Both the position numbers and the translations under genes were made by a program. A stretch of 19,361 nucleotides of DNA from Polyangiaceae bacterium (GTDB taxonomy: Bacteria > Myxococcota_A > Polyangia > Polyangiales > Polyangiaceae). How positions within the stretch are numbered: the first letter of the stretch is position 1; each line of letters begins with the position of its first letter. The notes beneath the pieces were generated by a model, which saw nothing but the letters and a program-made list of their open reading frames with translations, was not told the origin of the DNA and searched no databases. Positions 1-8,862 of the stretch are shown here, one piece after another. The stretch lies in NCBI GenBank assembly GCA_044222475.1, contig JBGANF010000142.1:1-19361 (forward strand), given 5' to 3'.

Positions 1-1362
1 CTCGCGTTCCACTTGCGCGCGTTCATGAGCGTGTGCAACGCCGCGCACTTCGCGCACGCGCGCGGCATCGTTCATCGCGATCTCAAGCCGGACAACGTGA
101 TGGTCGGGTACTTCGGCGAGGTCTACGTCGTCGACTGGGGCATCGCGACTCCGCCCAAGCCCGCAAAGAGCATCGCGGGCACGCCGGCGTACCTCGCCCC
201 GGAGATGCTCGCGCGGCCGGGTGACGAGCTCACCCCCGCGACCGACATCTACCTGTTGGGAGCAATCCTCTACGAGATCCTGACCGGCGCGCCGCCGCAC
301 CTCGGCGAGACGATGGAGGCGATCATCGAGAGCGTGCTCGCGTCACCGCCGAAGCTCCCGGAGTCTGCGCCGGTGGAGCTCGTTCAGCTGGCGACGGCGT
401 GCATGAACCCGAACCCGCGCTCGAGACCGCCCTCCGCCGACTTCGTTCGCAAAGCGGTCGAGCGGTTCTTCGCCCACGAGGGCTCGCGCGCCCTCGCGCG
501 GGAGGCCGCCGCCCGCGCCGACGAGCTCGCCGCCGAGATCGCGAAGAAGAGCGAGGACCGAACGCGCGCTCACGCGCTCTTCACCGAGTGTCGCTTCGGT
601 TTCAAGCAGGCCATTCGCACCTGGCCGCGCAACCTGGACGCGATCGACGGCCTGGAGCGGACCACCGAGGCGATGATTCGATACGAGCTCGCACGGCGCG
701 ACGGTCAGGCCGCCTCGCTCTTGCTCTCCGAGCTCGCGAACCCGACGGCGGCGCTCCGCGCCGAGGTCGATGCCGTCGTCGCGGCGACGGAGAGCGAGCG
801 CAAGAAGCTGCGCGATCTCGAGCGGCGGCACTCCCCGACGACGGGCAACCGCCAAAGGCGATTCTTCGGCGTCATGTTCGGCGCGCTCTTCACGCTGTCG
901 CCGTTGGTCGGGCACGCGCTGGGAATGAAGTCGATGCGCGACCTCGTCGGCGGTTCCATCTTCGTGCCGGTGCTCGCGCTCGCCGTGCTGGCCGTCACCT
1001 GGAGGAGGGTGACGGCGTCGGCGATCACCCGCGGACTGATGACGATCTTCGCATACGCGATGGCGGTGCAAGGCGCAGTCGCCACCGCGGTCCTCGTTCG
1101 CGGAGCCGACACCGCCGAGTCGGCCACGTTCCTCGTCCTGCTGCCGTTCTACTGGGCGTTCGCGCTCGGGCTCAACGCGCTCCTCTTCGAGCGCCGCTTC
1201 TTCACGCCTGCGCTCGCGTACGCGATCGCGGGCTTCGGCTCCCTCCTCGCGCCGGATTGGCGGTTCGCCTTCATCGCAGGGGCCAACTTCGGCATCTGCA
1301 TCTCGGCCTACATCCTCTGGCCGACGACGCTCGACGAGAAGCGGGAGCCAAAGAAGACGTAG
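1..1362 (+). CDS. Hanks-type Ser/Thr protein kinase with C-terminal multi-pass membrane region (5' end outside window)
   Basis: Frame 1 is open from base 1 to TAG at 1360-1362. Catalytic loop HRDLKPDN, DWG in place of DFG, GTPAYLAPE, and TDIYLLGAILYEILTG (subdomain IX). A helical middle region is followed by about 5-6 hydrophobic segments. The N-lobe is not in the window. Confidence 0.93.
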   Translation, partial: LAFHLRAFMSVCNAAHFAHARGIVHRDLKPDNVMVGYFGEVYVVDWGIATPPKPAKSIAGTPAYLAPEMLARPGDELTPATDIYLLGAILYEILTGAPPHLGETMEAIIESVLASPPKLPESAPVELVQLATACMNPNPRSRPPSADFVRKAVERFFAHEGSRALAREAAARADELAAEIAKKSEDRTRAHALFTECRFGFKQAIRTWPRNLDAIDGLERTTEAMIRYELARRDGQAASLLLSELANPTAALRAEVDAVVAATESERKKLRDLERRHSPTTGNRQRRFFGVMFGALFTLSPLVGHALGMKSMRDLVGGSIFVPVLALAVLAVTWRRVTASAITRGLMTIFAYAMAVQGAVATAVLVRGADTAESATFLVLLPFYWAFALGLNALLFERRFFTPALAYAIAGFGSLLAPDWRFAFIAGANFGICISAYILWPTTLDEKREPKKT

Positions 1363-1380
1363 CCCTGCTATGCATGCGGC

Positions 1381-3477
1381 ATGCGTAGGCTCCTCCTCTC
1401 TTCGTCCGTGCTCAGCCTCGTCGTCGCCTGCGGTGGCGATCAGAAACCGCCCACCGTCGCCCCGGTGACGTCGGCGAAGCCGGTCGCGAGCGTCGTGGTC
1501 GCGCCACCGCCGCCTCCCAAGGAGGACGCGACGCTCGTCCCGCGCCGGACCTACTTCGGCAACGCCGATCGCGCGCGCGTCCGCATCTCGCCCGATGGGA
1601 AATCGCTGTCGTTCCTCGCGAGCGAAGCCGGCGTCATGAACGTGTTCGTCGCACCCGTCGCCGATCCGTCGAAGGCCAAAGCGGTCACGCACGAGGCGAA
1701 GCGGAACCTCCGCAACTACGAGTGGACGATGGACGGCAAGCACCTGCTCTACACGCAGGACAAAGACGGGGACGAGAACTTCCGCATCCACGTGGTCGAC
1801 TGGACGACCGGGGAGGACAAGGAGCTCGCCGGCATCGACGGCGTGCGCGCGGAGATCATCGCGATCAGCCCGAAGCGCAAGGGCGAGGTCGTGGTCGCGC
1901 TGAACGATCGCGACAAGAAGTTCCACGATCTCTACGTGGCCGATCTCAAGACCGGCAAGCGCACGCTCCTCCAGAAGAACGAAGAGGGCTTCGAGGGCTT
2001 CCAGGTCGACGACGACTTCAAGGTGCGGTTCGCGCTCAAGCCGAGGAGTGACGGCGGCACCGACATCCTCGAGCCCCAGACCCCCAAGCCCGGCGAGAAG
2101 TCGCCCTGGGCGCTCTGGACGTCCATTCCGATGGAGGACCACAACGCGACCCAGGTCGTCGACTTCGACAAGGCGGGGACCACCGCCTACATGCTCGACA
2201 GCCGAGGTCGGAACACGTCCGCGCTCGTCACGGTCGACGTCAAGACGAAGAAGGCCACCGTCCTCGTGGACGATGGACAGGCCGACCTCGAGTCGCTGCT
2301 CATCCACCCGACCGAGAAGAAGATCCAAGCAGCCCAGGCCGAGTACGATCACACCCGCTGGCACGTCATCGACAAGGCGCTACAGCCGGACTTCGACTAC
2401 CTCCGGACCGTGACCGACGGCGATCTCGGGATCGCCTCGCGCTCGCTCGACGACAAGACGTGGATCGTCGCCTACAACACCGAAGGCCCGATCAAGTACT
2501 ACCGCTACGATCGCGACAAGAAGACCGCGACCGCGCTCTTCGTCAGCCACGACGCGATGGCAAAGATCCCGCTCGGGAAGACCACCGCGGTGTTCGTGAA
2601 GTCGCGCGACGGAATGGACCTGCCGACGTACGTCACGTTGCCGCCTTCGGCCGATCCGGACGGCGACGGCGTGCCGAACGCGCCCCTCGCGACCGTGCTC
2701 CTCGTCCACGGCGGCCCGTGGGCGCGCGACAGCTTCGGCCTCGCGCCCCAGGTGCAGTGGCTCGCGAGCCGCGGCTATGCCGTCGTGCAGACGAACTACC
2801 GCGGCTCGACCGGCTTCGGGAAGGCGTTCGTCAACGCCGCCAACAAGGAGTGGGCCGGAAAGATGCACGAGGATCTCCTCGACGTCGTCGCCTGGGCCAA
2901 GGACAAGAAGATCTCGGAACCGAACAAGGTCGCGATCATGGGCGGGAGCTATGGCGGCTACGCGACGCTCGTCGGTCTCACGTTCACGCCCGATGCGTTC
3001 GCCTGCGGCGTCGACATCGTCGGCCCGTCGAACCTGATCACCCTGCTCAACACGATCCCGCCGTACTGGGCTCCCGCGATCGAGGACTTCACCAAGCGCA
3101 TCGGCGATCACCGCACCGAGGATGGCCGCAAGTTCCTGCTCTCACGCTCGCCGCTCACGAAGGTCGACGCGATCAAGCGGCCGCTGCTCATCGGGCAGGG
3201 TGCGAACGACCCGCGCGTGAAGCAGTCGGAGTCGGACCAAATCGTCCAGGCAATGCAGGGCAAGGGCATCCCGGTGACCTACGTCCTCTACTCGGACGAA
3301 GGGCACGGCTTCGCCCGCGCCGAGAACAAGCTCTCCTTCAACGGAGTGACGGAGATCTTCCTCGCGCAGTGCCTCGGCGGCGCGTATCAGCCCATTGGCG
3401 ACGACTTCAAGGGCTCGACGATCGCCGTGCCGGCCGGGAAAGACCGGATCTTCTCGCTCGCTGCGGCGCTGAAGTAG
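1381..3477 (+). CDS. S9 family (prolyl oligopeptidase clan) dipeptidyl/acylaminoacyl peptidase, predicted lipoprotein
   Basis: Lipobox LVVA-C and a Pro-rich linker. Propeller region ISPDGKSLSFL, then LLVHGGPW, NYRGSTGFG, nucleophile GGSYGG, QGANDPRV (Asp) and DEGHGF (His). Confidence 0.95.
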   Translation: MRRLLLSSSVLSLVVACGGDQKPPTVAPVTSAKPVASVVVAPPPPPKEDATLVPRRTYFGNADRARVRISPDGKSLSFLASEAGVMNVFVAPVADPSKAKAVTHEAKRNLRNYEWTMDGKHLLYTQDKDGDENFRIHVVDWTTGEDKELAGIDGVRAEIIAISPKRKGEVVVALNDRDKKFHDLYVADLKTGKRTLLQKNEEGFEGFQVDDDFKVRFALKPRSDGGTDILEPQTPKPGEKSPWALWTSIPMEDHNATQVVDFDKAGTTAYMLDSRGRNTSALVTVDVKTKKATVLVDDGQADLESLLIHPTEKKIQAAQAEYDHTRWHVIDKALQPDFDYLRTVTDGDLGIASRSLDDKTWIVAYNTEGPIKYYRYDRDKKTATALFVSHDAMAKIPLGKTTAVFVKSRDGMDLPTYVTLPPSADPDGDGVPNAPLATVLLVHGGPWARDSFGLAPQVQWLASRGYAVVQTNYRGSTGFGKAFVNAANKEWAGKMHEDLLDVVAWAKDKKISEPNKVAIMGGSYGGYATLVGLTFTPDAFACGVDIVGPSNLITLLNTIPPYWAPAIEDFTKRIGDHRTEDGRKFLLSRSPLTKVDAIKRPLLIGQGANDPRVKQSESDQIVQAMQGKGIPVTYVLYSDEGHGFARAENKLSFNGVTEIFLAQCLGGAYQPIGDDFKGSTIAVPAGKDRIFSLAAALK

Positions 3478-3480
3478 CGC

Positions 3481-4131
3481 TCAGGGCAAGTAGTCGTTGA
3501 TCGGCGGGAGCGACTCGGCCTCGCGGCCGAAGAACGCGCGTGCGCAGAGGTGGCCGAGGTCCTGACCGTAGTCGGTGTCGGTCGGGCACTTCACCTTTTG
3601 ACCATTTTGGTACGTGACGACGATCGCGACGGCTTGCGTCCAGAACTTGCGCTCGAGCTTGCCCTGCTGGTTCGCCATGTAGTTCTGCGCCGCCGTGGCG
3701 AGCGCGCCGATCGCGGCGCCCATGAGCCCGCCGCCGCCCGACTTCGCCTTGCGCTCGACGTCGAAGTCGGCGATCTGCGCGAAGTAGTACGACGTCGCGA
3801 CGCCCTTGCCGTCGATGTAGATGAGGCGGCGGTTCGTCAGCGCGTGGGCCTTCGGCTTGAAGCGGTCCAGCATGATTCCGTAGATGATCAGGCCGATGCC
3901 GATGATGACGATGAGGAAGAACACCCCCAGCGTGATCATGATGATCTTGTCGAGCAGGTAGCTGTGCTTCTTGAACCAGATGACGCGTTCGCCCGGCTCG
4001 AGCGGAACGCCCATCACCGTTTGTCCGCCGCCCATCGCCGGAGCTTGTCCGGGGGGGGCCATCATCTGTTGCTGCTGCTGCATCTGGGGCTGCTGCTGCA
4101 TCGGGGGCTGCTGTCCGTATCCACCTTGCAT
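3481..4131 (-). CDS. Hypothetical membrane protein with Gln/Pro/Gly-rich N-terminus, hydrophobic hairpin and possible bacterial PH-like domain
   Basis: 216-aa ORF with GC-rich third codon positions. LEPGERVIW, a hydrophobic stretch (IIMITLGVFFLIVIIGIGLIIYGIML) and ALTNRRLIYI resemble bacterial PH-domain membrane proteins. The domain call is inference. Confidence 0.75.
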   Translation of the reverse strand: MQGGYGQQPPMQQQPQMQQQQQMMAPPGQAPAMGGGQTVMGVPLEPGERVIWFKKHSYLLDKIIMITLGVFFLIVIIGIGLIIYGIMLDRFKPKAHALTNRRLIYIDGKGVATSYYFAQIADFDVERKAKSGGGGLMGAAIGALATAAQNYMANQQGKLERKFWTQAVAIVVTYQNGQKVKCPTDTDYGQDLGHLCARAFFGREAESLPPINDYLP

Positions 4132-4144
4132 GGACGCGAAGCTA

Positions 4145-4966
4145 TCAGCGCTTGGCGATGGGCCGCAAGGCCGAGCTGGGGAGGAACGCCTGGGTCCCGC
4201 CGGCGCGCACTTCGGTGAGCGCGCCGAGGCCGCCGGAGCCAGTCAGAAGCTCGACTCGTGCGCCCTCGGGCAGCGGTGACGATCCGGCGAGGGCGATCCC
4301 GCGGGCGTCGCTCAGCCGCGCCGACGGCGCGATCACGATCGCTTCGCGCAGGTTCAGTCGGTCGCTCCTGGCCGTCGCGGTCAACGCCGCCGCGAGCACG
4401 AGACTGGGGAGCGCGGCGCCGATGCCCACGTTCGCAGCCGCGCGCGCCCGGCCCGCCGAGCTCCGCCAGCGCACGAAGAGCGCGCCGGCGAGGACGAGGC
4501 CGGCGACGATCGCCGACACGCTCCATGCGTTCTCGGGGAGGGACTGCGAGAGACTCCGCCAGAGCGGCTTGCGGGTGTCGAGCTCGACCGCGGTGCCTTC
4601 GCGCGCTCGGCGCCGGCCGACCTCGGTGCGGACCTGCTCGAGCGCGCGAGTCGCATCGAGGCGAAGCCCGTCGTCGTCGGTGAGGGCGATGGCTTCCTCG
4701 AACCCGTGGGCTGCCTTGCCGAGGTCGCCGGGGGCCTCGGCGCCGGCTCGCACGCGCGCGGCGTAGGCGAGCCCGCGATCGTAGCTGACGACCGGGTCCA
4801 TGCGGCCGCGGTCGGCGAGGATCTCGAACGCGCCGATCGCATCGTTCGGTCGTTCGTCGGCGAGTGCTTGGACGCCCGCGGCGAAGAGGTCCTCGTCGCT
4901 CTGCTCCACGCCCTGGCCGCCCGCGGCGAGGACGAGCGCGACCGCCGCCGCCCCGAGCACGTTCAT
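4145..4966 (-). CDS. batE: BatE-like protein (TPR-like repeat, two TM helices, SH3b-like C-terminus)
   Basis: The start is taken as ATG 4966 (MNVLGAAAVALVLAA), which overlaps the batD stop as ATGA; the upstream part of track ORF 4145..5707 is alternate-frame junk. Contains AIGAFE..VSYDRGLAY..FEEAIAL, two hydrophobic segments, and LPEGARVELL..AFLPSSAL. Last position in the operon. Confidence 0.7.
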   Translation of the reverse strand: MNVLGAAAVALVLAAGGQGVEQSDEDLFAAGVQALADERPNDAIGAFEILADRGRMDPVVSYDRGLAYAARVRAGAEAPGDLGKAAHGFEEAIALTDDDGLRLDATRALEQVRTEVGRRRAREGTAVELDTRKPLWRSLSQSLPENAWSVSAIVAGLVLAGALFVRWRSSAGRARAAANVGIGAALPSLVLAAALTATARSDRLNLREAIVIAPSARLSDARGIALAGSSPLPEGARVELLTGSGGLGALTEVRAGGTQAFLPSSALRPIAKR

Positions 4967-6771
4967 CGCTTCGCCTTCCCGAGCTGGGTGACGAGCGCGC
5001 GCGCCTTCGCCGACCGCTTCCGTGCATCTTCTAGCTCGGCGCCGGTCGGTGCGAAGCGGGCCGCGGCGCACTCTTCGAGGAGATCGCGGATCGTGCCTGC
5101 GGCTTCCTTCGTCGCGCCGGCGTCGACGCATGCATCTTGCACGCGTTCGTGGCCCACGCCGCGGACGTTCAGGCCGAGGTGGGCGATCGTCGCGGCCTCG
5201 ATGACGCGCATCGTGGCGGCGTCGAGCGCGCGTGCGTCGGTGTCGCGCGCGGCGCGCTCGAGCGCAGAGAGCTTCTCCTCGAGAGCGGTGTGGGGCGAGG
5301 CTTCGCGCTCGGCGGAGCGCCGCCGCTGGCGCTCGCGAAGACGCGACCCCACGACGACGAGCCCGAACGCCGCGGTCGGGAGGAGGAGGAGCGGGAAGAA
5401 CAGCGGTCCGTCGGCGAGGTACCGACCGCTCTTCGCGGGAGCGAAGGTCCTTCGCGGCGCGGGCAGACCGTCGAAGATGCGGAGCGCGTCGTCGGTCTGG
5501 CCTTGGCCGGCCGTGACGTCGATCTCGCCGAGCTCGGCGCGGGCCATCGCATACGCGTTCGCGCCTGGGTCCCAGTACGGCAGCGCGAGGGCTCCGAGGT
5601 CGAGCTTGCCCTGCTTGGTCGGTCGAACGACGTAGGTGAACGTTCGGGTGCCGCCCCACACGCCGGCGTTGCCCTTCATCTCGGAGCGCACCTCCGGGGT
5701 GAGCCACTCGACGCCCGGTCGGGTCGGCGGGGTCAGCGCCGTCGGCAGGTTTCCCGCGCCAGCGAGCACGACCGTCACCGCGATCGCTCCGCCACGCGGA
5801 GCCGTCCGCGGCTCGACGACCGCGTTCAGGGTCATCGTGCCGACGTCGCCGATGGCGTAGCCCGGCGGCCGACCGGCGACCGGCGGCTCGGTGACGTGCA
5901 CCTTGAGCTTCTCGCTGAGTCGCTCGCCGCTGCGGCCGACGGTGAGTCGCATCGGCTCGATCGCGAGATCCCCGGTCGTCAGCGGGAAGAGCGCGTACCG
6001 TCGCACCCGCTTCACTGCGTAGATGCGGCTACCGGCTTTGGCGTAGCCGACCGATTCGGTGTTCATCTGCGCGTCGAGGAGGTTCTCGCGGAGGAAATCG
6101 CTGGTGCCGGGCTCGTGGAGGTCGGTGATGTCCGGCTCGCGGGTCAGCGTCGCGTCGAGGTAGAGGTAGAGGTCGAGCGTCACCTGCTGCCCCACGACGA
6201 CGTTGGTCGTGTCGACCGTCGCGTGGAGGAACGCGAGCGTGTCAGGTGCGGTCTCGAGGGCGAACCGAGGTTCGAGCGGGACCTGGATCTCGGGATCGGG
6301 ATCGAAATCGTGCTGTTGGAAATCGCGAAGCAGTTGGCGAAACGGATCGAAGGGTCGGGTCGGAGCGGAGCCCGCGGGCACGACTTGGATCGAGAGCGAG
6401 TCTCCCTTCAGCTCGTGCCCGTTCACCGTCGCGGAGCCAGGACCGATGTTGAAGGTGCCCACCGTGTTCGCCTTCACGTCCCACGTGCAGGTGATCGCGT
6501 TCTGCCTCACGAACTGGTTGCCGACGATCGTCATCGTCGTCGACTGCCCCATCTGCGGACCCTGCGCGTGAAACGCTCCGGGAGTGAAGAGCTTGCACCC
6601 GTGCACGTTGTCGCTCGCGTCGTCGATCGACACGCTGAGCGTCACCTCGAAGTGATCGTTCACCTCCACGCGCCGCTGATCCGCCATCATCTTCAGCGAC
6701 GGCGCGGCGCTCGCGCCGCGCGCGAGCGTGAAGGCGACGAGCGCGCAGAGCATCGCGAGCCAGCGGTTCAC
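4963..6771 (-). CDS. batD: BatD family protein
   Basis: Signal peptide, repeated Ig-like beta units (VEVNDHFEVTLSV, VVVGQQVTLDLYLY, YALFPLTTGDLAI, GAGNL, FTYVVRPTKQG, LPYWDP), one TM segment near the C-terminus, and Bat operon context. Confidence 0.88.
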   Translation of the reverse strand: MNRWLAMLCALVAFTLARGASAAPSLKMMADQRRVEVNDHFEVTLSVSIDDASDNVHGCKLFTPGAFHAQGPQMGQSTTMTIVGNQFVRQNAITCTWDVKANTVGTFNIGPGSATVNGHELKGDSLSIQVVPAGSAPTRPFDPFRQLLRDFQQHDFDPDPEIQVPLEPRFALETAPDTLAFLHATVDTTNVVVGQQVTLDLYLYLDATLTREPDITDLHEPGTSDFLRENLLDAQMNTESVGYAKAGSRIYAVKRVRRYALFPLTTGDLAIEPMRLTVGRSGERLSEKLKVHVTEPPVAGRPPGYAIGDVGTMTLNAVVEPRTAPRGGAIAVTVVLAGAGNLPTALTPPTRPGVEWLTPEVRSEMKGNAGVWGGTRTFTYVVRPTKQGKLDLGALALPYWDPGANAYAMARAELGEIDVTAGQGQTDDALRIFDGLPAPRRTFAPAKSGRYLADGPLFFPLLLLPTAAFGLVVVGSRLRERQRRRSAEREASPHTALEEKLSALERAARDTDARALDAATMRVIEAATIAHLGLNVRGVGHERVQDACVDAGATKEAAGTIRDLLEECAAARFAPTGAELEDARKRSAKARALVTQLGKAKR

Positions 6772-7742
6772 TTGTCGAGGCTCCCGCCGACGTGCCGTTG
6801 TTGCGCAGCCTTGCGCGCTGCTTCGTGCTGGAACGTGGGAGCGTTCTCGAGCCGGTCGAGCACCCGATCGTCTTGCGACTGTTTGGGCGGAGGCTGCGCG
6901 CCGGAGTCCGGTTGTTGCGGACCCGCGTCACCTTGGTTCCCGCCGTCCGCGCTGGCGTCGCCGCCGTCGCCGTTGCCGCCGCCACCGTCGCTCCCGCCGT
7001 CCTTGCCACCGCCGTCGGAGCCACCGTCGCCGCCGCCGCCCTCGCCGCCGCCGTCTTGGCCGCCGCTGTCTTGGCCCCCGCCGTCTTGGCCGCCTTCGCT
7101 GCTGCCGTCGTTGCTCGCGTCGTTTCCGGCGTCCTTCTTGTCGCGGATGCGCTTGAGCGCGACCGCGCGGTTCCACGCTGCGTCGCGGCCGACCTCGTCT
7201 CCACCGTCGGGGAAGCCGGGGGCGAGGGTGAGCGCTTTGTCGTACGCGGCCACCGCCTCTTCGTACTCGCCGAGCAGGAAGCGGAGGTTCCCTTCGAGGT
7301 AGCGCGCTCGAGCGCGCAGCTCGATGGGTTGCGACTCGTCCTCGGCGATGGCCGTCACGATGCGTCGCGCGCAGTCGACCTCGGCGACGCGTTGCGCGCG
7401 GACCTCGGGGGTCGTGCCGGAGTCGATCTCCTCGTCGCCGAAGCGGTTTCCGTAGGACTCCGCGAGTCGGAACAAGGCGAGCCCGAGATCGAACGCGCCG
7501 TTGGACTTCTCGCGAACTTGTGGCGGCGTCCCGATGTTGCCCTCGGTGCACGATCCGGTGCTGAGGTAGGTCTGCAGGAGGTCCGCGGCCGTCGCCGCGT
7601 CGCCGCCGTCGCCGAGCTCTTTGACGGCGGTCTTCACCACCGGCGCGTCGCGATCGAACGGGTGAGACGGATCCCACCCGCACGCGACCACTCCCAAGAG
7701 CGCGGCCGGCAGGATGATCGTGAGGAGCCGGCTCCTACGCAT
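6768..7742 (-). CDS. batC: TPR lipoprotein with long acidic Gly-rich linker (BatC-like)
   Basis: Lipobox GVVA-C. TPR motifs ARYLEGNLRFLLGEYEEAVAAYDKALTLAP and DAAWNRAVAL, a low-complexity linker, and a terminal DRVLDRLE helix. Lies between batB and batD. Confidence 0.7.
   Translation of the reverse strand: MRRSRLLTIILPAALLGVVACGWDPSHPFDRDAPVVKTAVKELGDGGDAATAADLLQTYLSTGSCTEGNIGTPPQVREKSNGAFDLGLALFRLAESYGNRFGDEEIDSGTTPEVRAQRVAEVDCARRIVTAIAEDESQPIELRARARYLEGNLRFLLGEYEEAVAAYDKALTLAPGFPDGGDEVGRDAAWNRAVALKRIRDKKDAGNDASNDGSSEGGQDGGGQDSGGQDGGGEGGGGDGGSDGGGKDGGSDGGGGNGDGGDASADGGNQGDAGPQQPDSGAQPPPKQSQDDRVLDRLENAPTFQHEAARKAAQQRHVGGSLDK
7050..7094. repeat. 3 x 15-bp imperfect tandem repeat encoding GGQDG/GGQDS/GGQDG in the BatC-like linker
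   Basis: gccgtcttggccgcc / gctgtcttggccccc / gccgtcttggccgcc read directly from the sequence. Confidence 0.85.
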
Positions 7743-8862
7743 GCTCGGCCTCCTCTTCGGTCCGCACGGTGACTCGGCGCCGGGGCGTCTCGAGGAGCAG
7801 CGCCTCGATGACGAGGAGGATCACGCAGAGCAGCAGCGGAACCCAGAAGACCTCCGCGTAGACGGTCTCGACGCGCTCGGAGAGCTCCTCGCGCATCATC
7901 TTCGAGAGGTGGGTGGACACTTCGCGGATGCCGGTCTCGCCGTTCTGCGACCGCACGACCATGCCGCCGGTGGTCTCGGCGATCTTCGCGAGCTGCGCTT
8001 CGCCTTCGGCGCTGAGCTCCGTGGTGAGCGGCTTCCCATCGTCGCCGCGCCGAAGGCCGATCACGCGCCCGTCGGTCGAGACCTCCGGGATGATCTCCGG
8101 CGCGCGCCCGCCGATTTGGACGACGTCGATCACGGTCCCCTCGGCCGCGCATTTCTGAGCGACCGAGACGGGATCGCCCTCGAGGTCCTCGCCGTCGGTG
8201 ACGAGCAAGATGTGGCGGACGTGGTCCTTGGTCGTCGGATCGCGTTCGAGGAGCTCGCGCGCGCGCTCGAGGGCGCGCGCGGTCGCGGTTCCGCCGACCG
8301 GCATGTCGTTGGGCTCGATCCCACGGAAGAACTGGGCGATCGCGCCTCCGTCCGAGGTGAGCGGGAAGCTCATCGGCTCGCCGGCGAAGGCGACTGCACC
8401 GAAGCGGGCTCCGGGTAGATCGCGGATGAGCTGCGCGACCTCCGCCTTGGCGCGCACGGTGCGGCTCGGGACGATGTCGCGCGCGTACATGCTCTTCGAG
8501 AAGTCGAGCGTGACGACGACGTCGACGTTCGTCGCCGGCACGAGGCGCACGCCGGTGCCGTACTGCGGGCGAGCGAGCGCGCCGAGTCCGCACGCGAGCG
8601 CGATGAAGAGGACGATGCCCTTGACCGCGCGGCGATCGGACGCGTCCCAGGTGACGAGCCCGTGTACCAACTTGGGATCACCGAAGATGCGCTCCGACTT
8701 GGCGCGAGCGAAGAAGCCCCAGGTGCCGACGGCTCCGAGACCGAGCAGGAGCACGATCGCGGCGATGAAGAAGACGATCGCCGGGTAGACGAAGAGATCC
8801 TGGGCGAAGCGGAGGCCCGTGTGGGTTCCGTCTCCGGAGCTCGCCTGCGGGAGCGGGATCAC
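7735..8862 (-). CDS. batB: VWA domain membrane protein, BatB-like
   Basis: Probable GTG start at 8862 (GTGA overlap with the batA stop, preceded by GGAGG). N-terminal TMs, ALARPQYG, MIDAS DFSKS..GGTAT..LVTDGED, FPLTSD, and a C-terminal TM. Confidence 0.88.
   Translation of the reverse strand: MIPLPQASSGDGTHTGLRFAQDLFVYPAIVFFIAAIVLLLGLGAVGTWGFFARAKSERIFGDPKLVHGLVTWDASDRRAVKGIVLFIALACGLGALARPQYGTGVRLVPATNVDVVVTLDFSKSMYARDIVPSRTVRAKAEVAQLIRDLPGARFGAVAFAGEPMSFPLTSDGGAIAQFFRGIEPNDMPVGGTATARALERARELLERDPTTKDHVRHILLVTDGEDLEGDPVSVAQKCAAEGTVIDVVQIGGRAPEIIPEVSTDGRVIGLRRGDDGKPLTTELSAEGEAQLAKIAETTGGMVVRSQNGETGIREVSTHLSKMMREELSERVETVYAEVFWVPLLLCVILLVIEALLLETPRRRVTVRTEEEAEHA

Noticed and set aside
343..2364. 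673-aa minus-strand ORF, and other long opposite-strand ORFs such as 5137..7302 +, 9006..10253 +, 11176..12261 +, 12138..13241 + and 13533..15350 +
   Set aside because: These are antisense shadows of genes with clear motifs. Long stop-free frames are expected in high-GC DNA, and these show no family motifs.
2650..2680. DPDGDG Ca-binding-like loop in the S9 peptidase as a novelty
   Set aside because: As far as I recall, similar DxDGDG loops are common in this S9 subgroup, so it is not distinctive.
3478..3480. Terminator between the convergent S9 and Gln-rich genes
   Set aside because: Only 3 nt separate the two stop codons, and no hairpin with a U-tract is visible.
3971..4279. Cys-rich 102-aa plus-strand ORF (CCCCC) as a metallothionein or RiPP precursor
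   Set aside because: The Cys runs are the reverse complement of the poly-Gln CAG codons of the minus-strand gene.
4967..5707. N-terminal extension of track ORF 4145..5707
   Set aside because: Arg/Pro-rich alternate frame inside batD. The coupled ATG at 4966 followed by a signal-like peptide is a better start. The same logic applies to 8863-9996 (batB) and 11201-11518.
6940..7135. Repetitive GCC/GTC-rich stretch as a CRISPR or non-coding repeat array
   Set aside because: There is no repeat-spacer structure. It is the in-frame Gly/Asp linker of the BatC-like gene.
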